Assembly: GCF_001194135.2 (NCBI RefSeq)
Contig: NC_068989.1
Span: 15,708,614 to 15,750,865 of the forward strand
Direction of reading: 5' to 3'
Length of the DNA stretch: 42,252 nucleotides
Source of the DNA: Octopus bimaculoides
Taxonomy: Eukaryota
Made by a program: the position numbers and the translations under genes. Position 1 is the first letter of the stretch, and every line of letters starts with the position of its first letter. This document shows positions 1-12,047 of the stretch, piece after piece. The notes beneath the pieces were generated by a model, which was not told the DNA's origin, searched no databases, and saw only the letters and a program-made list of their open reading frames with translations.

Positions 1-299
1 GGGGGAGAGAGACAGGAGGAGGGGGTTATGTATATATATGTATTAATATATCTATTTTATATACCACATGACTTTCTAAGCCTGACACATTAACCTCTAT
101 AAGTTCTGATATTGAGCAGATGTTTGTGATTTTTACAGTTCTATAATCTATGAACAGAATGGGTAAAATAAATTAATGTATATTCCATTAGGTGGCGAGC
201 TGTCAGACTGTTAAAATTTATGATCCATTTGAACGAGAAATTATCATCGAAAAAGGGCCGAAAACAAAATTATCAAAAGATGCACTTCTTTAACCATGG

Positions 300-910
300 T
301 AGCGGTGATCTGATAAATAAGGACAGAACTTTAAGTCGAGAAACCTCCTTAGGCATGACATTACCCTTACTTATCTATACGGTGATCAAGAGTTGACTGA
401 GATTTTGTTTCTCGCGAGGACAACGTATCGCTTATATTTTACTACCAGTTCAAAGTCGGCTGAACTTCGCTTTCTCCGTCCACCTAACAAGATTTCGCTA
501 GCAAAGATTCTTATCTATATGAAACCTTGAAAATTCAAGAGGAGCTTTACACATCTTCACGTAGAAATATGGCTCTGTACGAATGACATGTCTGTATAGT
601 CGAAATCGCTAGAGTAATCCACAAACGATTATCCCCAATATTCTGAGTCTGTTGTGTATGTTCACAACCGGCATCTCAAAGGCAGTCATTGGTTGGTTGA
701 CCTCTGAAATTGGATTGAAATCTTCTTCTTTTAGGGACGTTATCATGGTCATGCCAACTATGGATAGTCACCGTAGCTGACACTCTCTTACTCTGCGTAA
801 GTAGTCTCACAAAAACGACATCAATTCAGTGGTAAAGCTACATCGCCATAGTAAAGGCCTTGTACATAGAGCATAACAGCGTTTGTCTGCTTCGTAGGCC
901 AAAAGCTCGA
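300..910 (-). mobile_element. Possible highly decayed RTE-like LINE 5' region (UTR and start of AP endonuclease)
   Basis: Minus strand gives fragments such as VVNIHN and ELVVKYK..DTLSSRETK, loosely like the APE N-terminus (WNVRT...ELxRYxIDIxxLxETK). Many stops; similarity judged by eye. Confidence 0.22.
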
Positions 911-1084
911 TTACTTTCCAGTCCACACTGGTACAACTTGCTTAAAAATAAAATAATAACTGTAAAGACATCATAAGAGGTGACATTTCGAAGTAACTAC
1001 AATACAAAGAATTAATAGTATTTTGCTTTACCCTCGTGATAACTAATTTTCACAGTAAATGTTCTTAATTTTTATAGTCATAAA

Positions 1085-1143
1085 AACACACACAAACACA
1101 AACACACACACACACTCACACACACACACACACACACACACAC
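1085..1143. repeat. (CA)n microsatellite
   Basis: Directly visible. Confidence 0.95.
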
Positions 1144-1269
1144 CATATTCAGGTGGTAGAAACCATTACTTTTCAGTAGAGTTACTACTTATATCTCATA
1201 CCACAAAGCAATATCTCCATTAAAGCTAATCGGCCGATTTGTCTCTTCTTAATTGCGCGCGCGCACACA

Positions 1270-1760
1270 CAATGATGATGGACGATGATGAAGATGATGA
1301 AGGATGATGAAAATGACGATAATGATGGTGATTACAATTGAAGATGATTATATTGACGTTGATTAACGGTGATTAAGTATTGGTTACAAGTAGCGATTCC
1401 TCATTACAGTCTATTTATTGATCAATGAATACCAAGTTCATTGGATAAGGATTAATGATCGACGGTGATTATTGATTAGTGATGAGTAATGACATTCGAA
1501 TAATAATTGATGATTAATGCTTGACGATAAGGTTTCATTGTAATTGATCGTGATGAGTGACTGAATTGGCAGTGATTAATAGCTAAAGGTGAATTAAAAT
1601 TGATGATTGATAATTGGTTATAATGTATGGTAATTAACAGTTGATGATTGATCCAGGAGATGATGAAAATGGCTAATAAAGATGTTTGTGATAATGGTAT
1701 TTGATATTGATTAAAGATTGATTATGATTAATGACACATCATTATAATTTGTAGATATAG
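1270..1760. repeat. Cryptic, eroded (GAT/TGA)n-rich low-complexity tract
   Basis: About 500 bp dominated by gatgat/gattga/gataat variants. Confidence 0.75.
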
Positions 1761-3271
1761 TTTATTACAGGAATTGATGCATTGATTGTTAATTTATTGA
1801 TTAAATATTTATCATGATATATAGTTAATGTTTAATAATATATAGTCAATAATATTTAATAACATATAGTTAATAATGTTATAATATTGAAATATGATAT
1901 ACAAAATTATACTGAAATAAAGTGAAAATTTTATTGAAATTTGATATACAAAAGGAAAAGACTACGGTGTGTAATATTTAAACCATAAAGGTATTCGTCT
2001 TCTAAATTGAAAGCATATGTTAATGTAATAGTAAATTACTTAAATATTAATCATTTTATACGGAAATAACCAACTAAGCAGTCTAGATCTCTACTTATAG
2101 AAATATCCTTGTAGCTGACTAATGATAATTTAATTTTGACATTTAAATTAGTAAGTCCAAGTATAATGAGGTATCATTTGATGCTTTTTATATATTTCTT
2201 ATAAATATTTTAATGAGGCCGTTGTAAAGGAAGGTGAATGCGACCATGGTTAGTTCGGATCTTCCAATAGCAAAGAATAAGGATTATTAATGTTTCTAAT
2301 GAATGTTTGAGACCCAACGACTTCAGATAAAACGTGGATATCAGAATTCAATTTTTGGTCTTTGTGATGGATATATGAATGACTAGAAGGTGGGAAGACT
2401 AGTGAGTCAGGAGCTTCTGACTACTTGTGATACGGAAATAGCCGTAGGGAGAAGCAAAAGCCAAGCTAGAAAAGGCAGGGAGGGAGAATATGAAGTAGTG
2501 CATGGATTAATCGGGTGTCCTTTTCTGATGCGTATATTTTGATTTCTTAAATAGCTGTGACGTTTTACATTTGAGGGAGTGATTTAATCGGTTATATTAA
2601 TTCCAGTATCTGGTACTTTTTTTTTAACTTTAGAAGGATGCAATATAAAGTTAACAAGAGCGGGATTTGAACACGGAAAGTAAAGGAATTATAATTATAT
2701 ACCATAATGAGATATAACAATCTCACCAATTTCCCACCTGGTTTAACTCTTACACTGACAGCTTATATCTTCTACTTGTCGATACGATTATCTTCGTGGA
2801 ATGCTAATGAGCCTGTTAATGACAGTTGAGTCTGTTATGGTGAGCTTATCTACTTACAGACTTTCAAATTTAATGTCACTAAGCTATCAGATTTTGGAAC
2901 TTTTTATCAACGGGATTCTTTTTATCAACAGCACTTTTGAAAACAAAACAACAACAACATTAAACAACAAAATAGAATAAGATAAAGTAAAGTAAAATAG
3001 AAAACAAAGATTTCCAACTGGGTTTTGGCTTTGATTTGATTTTCAGACTAGATTAGTTTCTTTTCAACTTCAATAGTATTTTGGAAACGTATTTTCTGAA
3101 TAGTATTATAATAAAGTATACGAATACAGATCTTAGAAAACAAAATGGTGAGGTGAGGGGGGTGTTAGGTAATTTCTAAAAATGGTTGGGAATCATTATG
3201 CTGTTAAACAAACACACATTGCAATTTATTTTTTAGATTGCAATTTATTTTTTATGTGTATGCAAGATTAT

Positions 3272-3435
3272 GAATTCGATTCCCAGAGCGGGTTGTGCGT
3301 TGTGTTCTTGAGCTAAGAATTTCATTTTACGCTGCCCTAGTCCACTCAGCTGTAAATGAGTAACCTTGCGATGGATTCAGGGGGCATACTGTGATATCAG
3401 TCCCTTACACGTCACGGAAACCGAGTAACCGACCC
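3272..3435 (+). mobile_element. Degenerate SINE fragment (B-box remnant plus central domain, family C-like)
   Basis: gaattcgattccc, then ttgtgttcttgagctaag...gtccactcagctgtaaatgagtaacc; resembles the minus-strand copy at 30530-30870. Confidence 0.55.
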
Positions 3436-3572
3436 TAAGATTCCCAAGACTCATGACAGTAATGTTGGCAGGTTGACGATGATGATAATAATTAACCACC
3501 TTAATAGTATTTTGATTCTGGTTTTACAAATTTTTTACAAATATTCCATGGGTGTTTTACTATTTTATATGT

Positions 3573-3745
3573 AAGCGCAGGCGTGACTCTGTGGTAAAAA
3601 GCTTGCTTCCCAACCATATGGTTCCGGGTTCAGTCCCACTGCGTGGAACCTTGGACAAGTGTTTTCTACTATAGCCTCGGATCGACCAAAGCCTTGTAAG
3701 TGGATTTGGTAGACGGAAACTGAAAGAAACACGTAAAATATACTG
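3573..3745 (+). mobile_element. tRNA-headed SINE family A, 5' half
   Basis: aagcgcaggcgtgactctgtggtaaaaagc...ggttccgggttcagtcccactgcgtgg...ggatttggtagacggaaactgaaagaa; reverse complement of the copies at ~4900-5065 and ~10015-10173; A-box and B-box-like motifs. Confidence 0.9.
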
Positions 3746-3888
3746 TGTGTGTACTGTGCCTCTGTTCTCTCTCCCCACACTCGCCCCACCGTTGCCTGTC
3801 ACCCGTTTCCCCCTCACCTACCACACATCCGCCCTGCCCCTCCAACACACCATTCTCCGAGCCTTCCGGCGACTCCTGTCCGACCTCC
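3746..3888 (+). mobile_element. Penelope-like element, RT C-terminal (thumb) fragment
   Basis: Translates with one frameshift to ASVLSPHTRPTVACHPF/PLTYHTSALPLQHTILRAFRRLLSD, matching the PLE pattern P-L(V)-x-TYHP...lq.il...f..L..D by eye. Confidence 0.6.
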
Positions 3889-4270
3889 TTTTCTGTTCAT
3901 GGCGAAGGCGGGTGTCCGGATGACCTCTGTGCAAAGACAATCCGAACACAGACAGGTGTTGTAGTGAGTAACCGGTAGAGCGGGTGTCATTGCCGAGTCT
4001 GATGTCTCGGAGGTGCTCCGCGAACTGGTCAGCCAAGCAGCGTCTCGTTTGACCGATGTATAGATAGAGATGGGTGTGTGTGTTTATAGGTGTGCTCAAG
4101 AAGCAGTTGCTGAAAAATGAAATACAGATAATGTAATGTAAATGGAGGAGGCATATGGAGGGGGTATCTATGACATTGGATTGAACAGCTTTAGTGTGTG
4201 GAGGTCTTTCATGGCTGGCTCCAGCAGTCAAGCGCGACGGCGTGGTCAAGAATTTGGTGGGGGCGTGATT
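3889..4270 (-). mobile_element. Penelope-like element, GIY-YIG endonuclease fragment
   Basis: ORF 3818..4249(-) contains YIICISFFSNC...LYIGQTRRCLADQFAEHLRDIRLGNDT...HLSVFGL...RLRHEQK, the PLE GIY-YIG signature (IYCI.C..C...YIGQT.R.L..RF.EH...E). Confidence 0.85.
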
Positions 4271-4389
4271 TCTCTCTTTAAACTTGGTGGTTGCCTACAC
4301 TGACACACTCAAAGAGACACACACAAATATATACACACGTGCGCGTGCGTGCATATATACATACTCGCAAACATGCGCTGTATGTGTGT

Positions 4390-4600
4390 ATATATCTATG
4401 TGTGTGTCTTCGTGTCTGTGTTTGCCCTCAATCACCGCTTGAAAATCGCTGTTAGTGTGTTCAGCATAAGGGACCGATAGAATAAGTACTAGGCTTACAA
4501 AATGTCCTGCTGTCGATTTGTACGACCAAGAACCTTCAAGGTGGTGCTCCAGTATGGTCTCACTCTCATGACTGATATAAGCAAGAGAATAAAAGAATAC
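4390..4600 (+). mobile_element. SINE family A, 3' half (continues 3573-3745)
   Basis: gtgtctgtgtttgccc...gaccgatagaataagtactaggcttacaaa...ggtggtgctccagtatgg...gactga..aagagaataaaaga. Confidence 0.85.
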
Positions 4601-4678
4601 GTTACAGGTGCTATAACCTTTATAACATTATAGTTTTTATTTTTATTTTCTATCGCAGGCAAATATTTCATGTCTGAT

Positions 4679-5065
4679 TTACTCTTTACTCTTTTACTCT
4701 TTTACTTGTTTCAGTCATTTGACTGCGGCCATGCTGGAGCACCGCCTTTAGTCGAGCAAATCGACCCCAGGACTTATTCTTTGTAGGCCTAGTACTTATT
4801 CTATCGGTCTCTTTTGCCGAACCGCTAAGTTGTCAAGAGATGGGGGGGGGGGGCGGACAAAGACAGAAACACAAACACACATACATATATATACATATAT
4901 ACGACGGGCTTCTTTCAGTTTCCGTCTGCCAAATCCACTCACAAGGCTTTGGTCGGCCCGAGGCTATAGTAGAAGACACTTGCCCAAGGTGCCATGCAGT
5001 GGGACTGAACCTGGAACCATGTGATTGGTAAGCAAGCTACTTACCACACAGCCACTCCTGCGCCT
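4679..5065 (-). mobile_element. SINE family A, near full length, with an internal deletion
   Basis: (tttactct)n tail, cttgtttcagtcatttgactgcggccatgctggagcaccgcc..., head ending ccacacagccactcctgcgcct; highly similar to 9457-10173. Confidence 0.93.
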
Positions 5066-5550
5066 TTATTAGTATTCTGATCAAATTCATTCAAGCAAAT
5101 TTCCTTCACGCTGTGAGTATGTATGCATGACATATCTCTCTAGTTCTTATATATAAATGTTCAGAGCCATCCTCATTTATTACGGATTGTATCGTGACCT
5201 GGATACTACAACAGGCTTCTTTTAAAATTATGCTGTGATGTAACTTTTGAACAGCTAATTAGTATGTGAATCACATCTTGAGAGTCCCACAGAGTTTCCG
5301 CTGATTGTCACACATAAATTTACCAGATGCTTTTGAAATTTTGTACCGGATTTTCTAAGTTTCTGTCACAATATATGTTTCTGGTAATACAACAATTTAT
5401 GACTTCATATTTATATGTATAAAGCGTTTCTTTTTTCTTATGGTTTGTTGATCTAATATCGATCAGCTTCTCTATGCATGTATTCGTTGTCACCGGATGT
5501 TATATGTTTTCTGAACAGCCTCTTTCAAAATGACAATCTCTTTCTATTTC

Positions 5551-5588
5551 TCTCTCTTTCTCTCCCTCTCTCTCACTCTTTCTCTCTC

Positions 5589-5633
<45 letters not shown>

Positions 5634-5695
5634 ATAATAATGTGACAGTGGATTTTCATCGATGAGTTCATGAACCTTGGTTCTTTTCCCTAAAA

Positions 5696-5770
<75 letters not shown>
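5551..5770. repeat. Compound microsatellites (CT)n-(TA)n and (CA)n-(TA)n
   Basis: Directly visible. Confidence 0.92.
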
Positions 5771-5774
<4 letters not shown>

Positions 5775-6390
5775 GTGTGTATGTGTGTGCGTATACAGAT
5801 CCACATATATACATACACTCATGCACACATAGTACGTAACTACGAACATAAGTATGTGTATGATTTTGCTTTCCTCAAATCATTGATAAGTTTAAAATAA
5901 GTTTCTCTTTAGGAATCTCAAACGCAGTTACAGCGATACATAATTAATATCACATAAAATATCGAGTAATACCCTTAGACGGAATACAAAAGAGAATAAT
6001 ATCACCTACCGCAATTGCTCCATGTATTTGCTGGAGAAAAGCTGGTCGTGACAAACCAATACTCAGAGGACGAAATAATAACCGGTATCATTTCATCTTG
6101 AGGCTTTTATCTGTACTAGCGAGAAATAAATATATTCGTTTTGGTTTATTCCACGCATCGTATATATTATATCTCTCCGATTAAACACTAGAGAGCACCT
6201 TCTAAAAGCAGTCACATGTTCAACTTCGAATGACTTTTTTTGTTTTATGCTACTAGGATTTGAGAAATAAAAAAAATTAAAACAAGACAATGAATTAATA
6301 GTTCTTAATATTGATGCTTCATCTGCAACTTATCTCAATTTTCTATCTACATCTTCTTTCTATTCATTCTTATGAAAATACAAAAGAATA

Positions 6391-6547
6391 TCGCTGGATA
6401 ATGCTAATAATATAGTCTGAACAGGATAAACTACTCCTATTTTGCAGAAAAAAGTTTATCCTGTTCAGAGCTAACCACCTACACTTTTTTCTACAAAATA
6501 GGGGTAGTTTATCCTGTTCAGGCTATATTATTAGCATTATTCTGCGA
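6391..6547. mobile_element. MITE-like hairpin element with ~65-bp terminal inverted repeats
   Basis: 6391-6455 (tcgctggataatgctaataatatagtctgaacaggataaactactcctattttgcagaaaaaagt) is the near-perfect reverse complement of 6483-6547. No TSD recognised. Confidence 0.7.
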
Positions 6548-7042
6548 TTGAGAATTTAAAATCACTTCTTTAACTTTCTAAAAGACATCTCAACGCTTCA
6601 AAAAGCAAACTTCGTTTGTTTGTTTACGTTTATCGTAATTTGAATTTGACAAAATAATATCTTTGTAATTTTAAAATATAATCCCAAATATAAATTGTGG
6701 GTTTGCTTTTTTCTCAACTGAGCTCTAATCAGAATACGTTCTTACAGACCATAAATTATTCACTATCAATATTTGAATAATTCAAATTGGAGCCATAAAT
6801 TTTACAGATTTTACAGATTTAATCCTACTAACTAGAGATAATCATACCTTATTTAGAAAATATAATTTTTAAAATGTAATCTTTAAACTATATTGAATTT
6901 TTTTTTCATCAACAACAACAATAATGATAACATTCTTAGGGTTCGTGTTATTATTTTTAAAACAATTAACCTTATCACATAAACACATTTAAGATTATAT
7001 AGCTATTTCTAATCTAATGAGTCAACACTCTACAATGATCGT

Positions 7043-7043
<1 letters not shown>

Positions 7044-7112
<69 letters not shown>

Positions 7113-7118
7113 GATGAT
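7044..7118. repeat. (GAT)n microsatellite
   Basis: Directly visible. Confidence 0.95.
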
Positions 7119-7490
7119 ATGAATTTACTGGCCTCAACAAAATTTATTACTTTAAAGATATTTTCAATCTATTATACAATAGCCTGCAATAGATGATATT
7201 AATTCAGCTGAGTTCTTTCTGTAAATTATAAATCTTTTCCTTTTATTACTTCGCTTCATTCATTTTATTATGTAACATCAGTTTATTCACTTATTTATCT
7301 TAGTCACTTCCCAAACCCTCACCACTTCCCACTAATTCTAAACGATTCACAATTCAATTACAGGGTAGGCTTTAATATGTATACCTTTCATTTCGAACAT
7401 CATTGTCTTCATGTATGCATATATATATATATATATATATATANNNNNNNNNNAGCTGTCTATTGACACACTATCTGTGCCCTATCAGTA

Positions 7491-7621
7491 TTTGCAAAGG
7501 GAATTCATCGTTCCCATCTCCAGCCTGAGGTGATACACACAGACCCGAGTATATGGGTATTGACCCGTAATTAGCGTGTGAGAATCACCGGTTGGCGATG
7601 GGAAATGATTCTCAATGCAAA
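7491..7621. mobile_element. Imperfect ~130-bp foldback (MITE-like) element flanked by TA
   Basis: tttgcaaagggaattcatcgttcccatctccagcc...ggtgat pairs imperfectly with atcaccggttggcgatgggaaatgattctcaatgcaaa; TA at 7489-7490 and 7622-7623. Confidence 0.45.
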
Positions 7622-8741
7622 TATATATATATACTTTTTCCAGTGACGAAAAGTCAATCATCTCGAGAACGTGGAAACAAGCACAAAGTATATGTAAAAT
7701 NNNNNNNNNNNNNNNNNNNNNNNNNNNNNNNNNNNNNNNNNNNNNNNNNNNNNNNNNNNNNNNNNNNNNNNNNNNNNNNNNNNNNNNNNNNNNNNNNNNN
7801 NNNNNNNNNNNNNNNNNNNNNNNNNNNNNNNNNNNNNNNNNNNNNNNNNNNNNNNNNNNNNNNNNNNNNNNNNNNNNNNNNNNNNNNNNNNNNNNNNNNN
7901 NNNNNNNNNNNNNNNNNNNNNNNNNNNNNNNNNNNNNNNNNNNNNNNNNNNNNNNNNNNNNNNNNNNNNNNNNNNNNNNNNNNNNNNNNNNNNNNNNNNN
8001 NNNNNNNNNNNNNNNNNNNNNNNNNNNNNNNNNNNNNNNNNNNNNNNNNNNNNNNNNNNNNNNNNNNNNNNNNNNNNNNNNNNNNNNNNNNNNNNNNNNN
8101 NNNNNNNNNNNNNNNNNNNNNNNNNNNNNNNNNNNNNNNNNNNNNNNNNNNNNNNNNNNNNNNNNNNNNNNNNNNNNNNNNNNNNNNNNNNNNNNNNNNN
8201 NNNNNNNNNNNNNNNNNNNNNNNNNNNNNNNNNNNNNNNNNNNNNNNNNNNNNNNNNNNNNNNNNNNNNNNNNNNNNNNNNNNNNNNNNNNNNNNNNNNN
8301 NNNNNNNNNNNNNNNNNNNNNNNNNNNNNNNNNNNNNNNNNNNNNNNNNNNNNNNNNNNNNNNNNNNNNNNNNNNNNNNNNNNNNNNNNNNNNNNNNNNN
8401 NNNNNNNNNNNNNNNNNNNNNNNNNNNNNNNNNNNNNNNNNNNNNNNNNNNNNNNNNNNNNNNNNNNNNNNNNNNNNNNNNNNNNNNNNNNNNNNNNNNN
8501 NNNNNNNNNNNNNNNNNNNNNNNNNNNNNNNNNNNNNNNNNNNNNNNNNNNNNNNNNNNNNNNNNNNNNNNNNNNNNNNNNNNNNNNNNNNNNNNNNNNN
8601 NNNNNNNNNNNNNNNNNNNNNNNNNNNNNNNNNNNNNNNNNNNNCATTTATTCATGTAGTGAGAACACTACATGAATAAATGAAGTTTGTACGAAACGTA
8701 CGTACTGCTATTACCTATTGAATTTTTGTTGCTTTTCTTCA

Positions 8742-8781
<40 letters not shown>

Positions 8782-9284
8782 GTGTGTGTGTGTGTGTGTG
8801 TAACTTGACACAAAATAAGCAATATCATATATATGTAGAGGGATATACATATAAAGATAAGTGGCAGTGCTTCAACAAGTAGAAAAGTACTCAATCAGCT
8901 AAGAGGGTATAAATAGATAGATTGATAGACGTACAGGTGATGCACTAGTCCCGTTAAAATGTCAATGTATTTTTATTCGACATTCCTTTTATTTTATTTT
9001 TTTAGACACTGCACTGTATCCTTGATGGGGTATTGACACCTTAAAACGTTTAGGCGATGAAAACAATCCAGTACTTATACTTTAACTTTGGTATTCATTT
9101 TCTTAAAGCAAATAACCATCCGTTGTTAAGATGTGAGAAACGTACAGAATCATAAATACTATCACATATACATACATACATACATACATACATACGTACA
9201 TATATACATACATGAGAATATGTATTTGTGTGTGTGTATGTGTGTGTGCGTACGTGCATGTGTTTAAGGCTTCCATATAGTTTC

Positions 9285-9408
9285 TGCTTATTGCGTTCAC
9301 TCGCAACACATTGGTTGGTGCAGTAATGACGAGAATTGTGGTTGTGGTTGAACCCGATGTCACAAGTCTGCGAAACAAACTTCTTAACCAGTCAGTAATG
9401 CCTGCTCC
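9285..9408 (-). mobile_element. Old SINE family A head fragment
   Basis: attcactc...gaacccgatgtcacaagtctgcgaaacaaacttcttaaccagtcagtaatgcctgctcct resembles the antisense A head. Confidence 0.5.
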
Positions 9409-9456
9409 TAAAGGGTCACAACTGTTGCAGTAAACTTTTCATATTTTGTCTTACAA

Positions 9457-9679
9457 CTTTACTCTTTTACTCTTTTACTTGTTTCAGTCATTTGACTGCG
9501 GCCATGCTGGAGCACCGCCTTTAGTCGAGAAAATCGACCCCAGGACTTATTCTTTTTGGAAGCCTAGTACTTATTCTATCGGTCTCTTTTTGCCGAACCG
9601 CTAAGTTACGAGGACGTAAACACACCACCATCGGTTGTCAAGCGATGTTGGGGGGACAAACACAGACACACAAACATAT

Positions 9680-9710
<31 letters not shown>

Positions 9711-9946
9711 NNNNNNNNNNNNNNNNNNNNNNNNNNNNNNNNNNNNNNNNNNNNNNNNNNNNNNNNNNNNNNNNNNNNNNNNNNNNNNNNNNNNNNNNNN
9801 NNNNNNNNNNNNNNNNNNNNNNNNNNNNNNNNNNNNNNNNNNNNNNNNNNNNNNNNNNNNNNNNNNNNNNNNNNNNNNNNNNNNNNNNNNNNNNNNNNNN
9901 NNNNNNNNNNNNNNNNNNNNNNNNNNNNNNNNNNNNNNNNNNNNNN

Positions 9947-9991
<45 letters not shown>

Positions 9992-10173
9992 CATACATAC
10001 ATATACATATATACGACGGGCTTCTTTTAGTTTCTGTCTACCAAATCCACTCACAAGGCTTTAGTCTGCCCGAGGCTATAGTAGAAGACACTTGCCCAAG
10101 GTGCCACGCAGTGGGTATGAACCCGGAACCATGTGGTTGGTAAGCTACTTACCACACAGCCACTCTTGCGCCT
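9457..10173 (-). mobile_element. SINE family A, full length, internal (TA)n interrupted by an assembly gap
   Basis: Same tail, body and head as 4679-5065; gap 9711-9946 lies in its internal microsatellite. Confidence 0.93.
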
Positions 10174-10533
10174 TATATATTCCTTTGTTTATATTCCTAA
10201 TACTTTCTCTTTGCCATTTCATCCTGAATATTTCCCACAGACGCGCATGCATACACACGTATATATCGAAAAGTTACTGTTTCGAATGATATTCTACTTA
10301 GGATTCTACGTATGGCAGTTCTCAGCTGTGTATCTACCTGCCAGTTCACGTTGGTAACTACAAGAGGAGTAAATTCCTGTTTTCTTCTGATAATCTGGAG
10401 TCATAGTGTGATTACATAACAACCTTTCTGACTGTGTAGTGTGTATTAATTAGTATACGGTAGAGAAACACATGTAAAGATCATGTAATTTATATCATAA
10501 AAGAATTTCTACCTAAATCTCCAATTTAATTTT

Positions 10534-10855
<322 letters not shown>

Positions 10856-11089
10856 CTACCAATCACAATCAATGATGATGTGACAGCATGTAATTTCTCT
10901 CACTGTTTTATGTCTCGAACTCAGCCTAAACAATCGTGATGTGACACCTGGAGAAGAGAGTGTATGTACTACAAAGGCACTTGGTCAGATACACTCTTCG
11001 GGTGCATAGATCAGAGCGGTGTGAAATCTAACACCTTGTTCAAGTAAAAATAAACCCAAATCTACAACGAAGTGCCTACTATGTGTGTG

Positions 11090-11135
<46 letters not shown>

Positions 11136-12047
11136 NNNNNNNNNNNNNNNNNNNNNNNNNNNNNNNNNNNNNNNNNNNNNNNNNNNNNNNNNNNNNNNNN
11201 NNNNNNNNNNNNNNNNNNNNNNNNNNNNNNNNNNNNNNNNNNNNNNNNNNNNNNNNNNNNNNNNNNNNNNNNNNNNNNNNNNNNNNNNNNNNNNNNNNNN
11301 NNNNNNNNNNNNNNNNNNNNNNNNNNNNNNNNNNNNNNNNNNNNNNNNNNNNNNNNNNNNNNNNNNNNNNNNNNNNNNNNNNNNNNNNNNNNNNNNNNNN
11401 NNNNNNNNNNNNNNNNNNNNNNNNNNNNNNNNNNNNNNNNNNNNNNNNNNNNNNNNNNNNNNNNNNNNNNNNNNNNNNNNNNNNNNNNNNNNNNNNNNNN
11501 NNNNNNNNNNNNNNNNNNNNNNNNNNNNNNNNNNNNNNNNNNNNNNNNNNNNNNNNNNNNNNNNNNNNNNNNNNNNNNNNNNNNNNNNNNNNNNNNNNNN
11601 NNNNNNNNNNNNNNNNNNNNNNNNNNNNNNNNNNNNNNNNNNNNNNNNNNNNNNNNNNNNNNNNNNNNNNNNNNNNNNNNNNNNNNNNNNNNNNNNNNNN
11701 NNNNNNNNNNNNNNNNNNNNNNNNNNNNNNNNNNNNNNNNNNNNNNNNNNNNNNNNNNNNNNNNNNNNNNNNNNNNNNNNNNNNNNNNNNNNNNNNNNNN
11801 NNNNNNNNNNNNNNNNNNNNNNNNNNNNNNNNNNNNNNNNNNNNNNNNNNNNNNNNNNNNNNNNNNNNNNNNNNNNNNNNNNNNNNNNNNNNNNNNNNNN
11901 NNNNNNNNNNNNNNNNNNNNNNNNNNNNNNNNNNNNNNNNNNNNNNNNNNNNNNNNNNNNNNNNNNNNNNNNNNNNNNNNNNNNNNNNNNNNNNNNNNNN
12001 NNNNNNNNNNNNNNNNNNNNNNNNNNNATATATATATATATATATAG

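Noticed and set aside
5544-5849. CV/YI/HT/PTYL-repeat ORFs here and at 9103, 10532, 15095-15694, 16061, 22752, 23237, 25046, 25928 and 36545
   Set aside because: They are translations of di-, tri- and tetranucleotide microsatellites.
7592-8679. Long ORFs of 320-412 aa in the ORF track (also 10985-12223, 13251-14343, 26379-26789, 37062-37541)
   Set aside because: They run through N gaps (poly-X) and microsatellites and are artefacts.
10940-11030. CDTWRRECMYYKGTWSDTLFGCIDQ peptide and a weak hairpin
   Set aside because: An in-frame stop lies immediately upstream with no splice acceptor between; the hairpin has only about 11 bp with a bulge.
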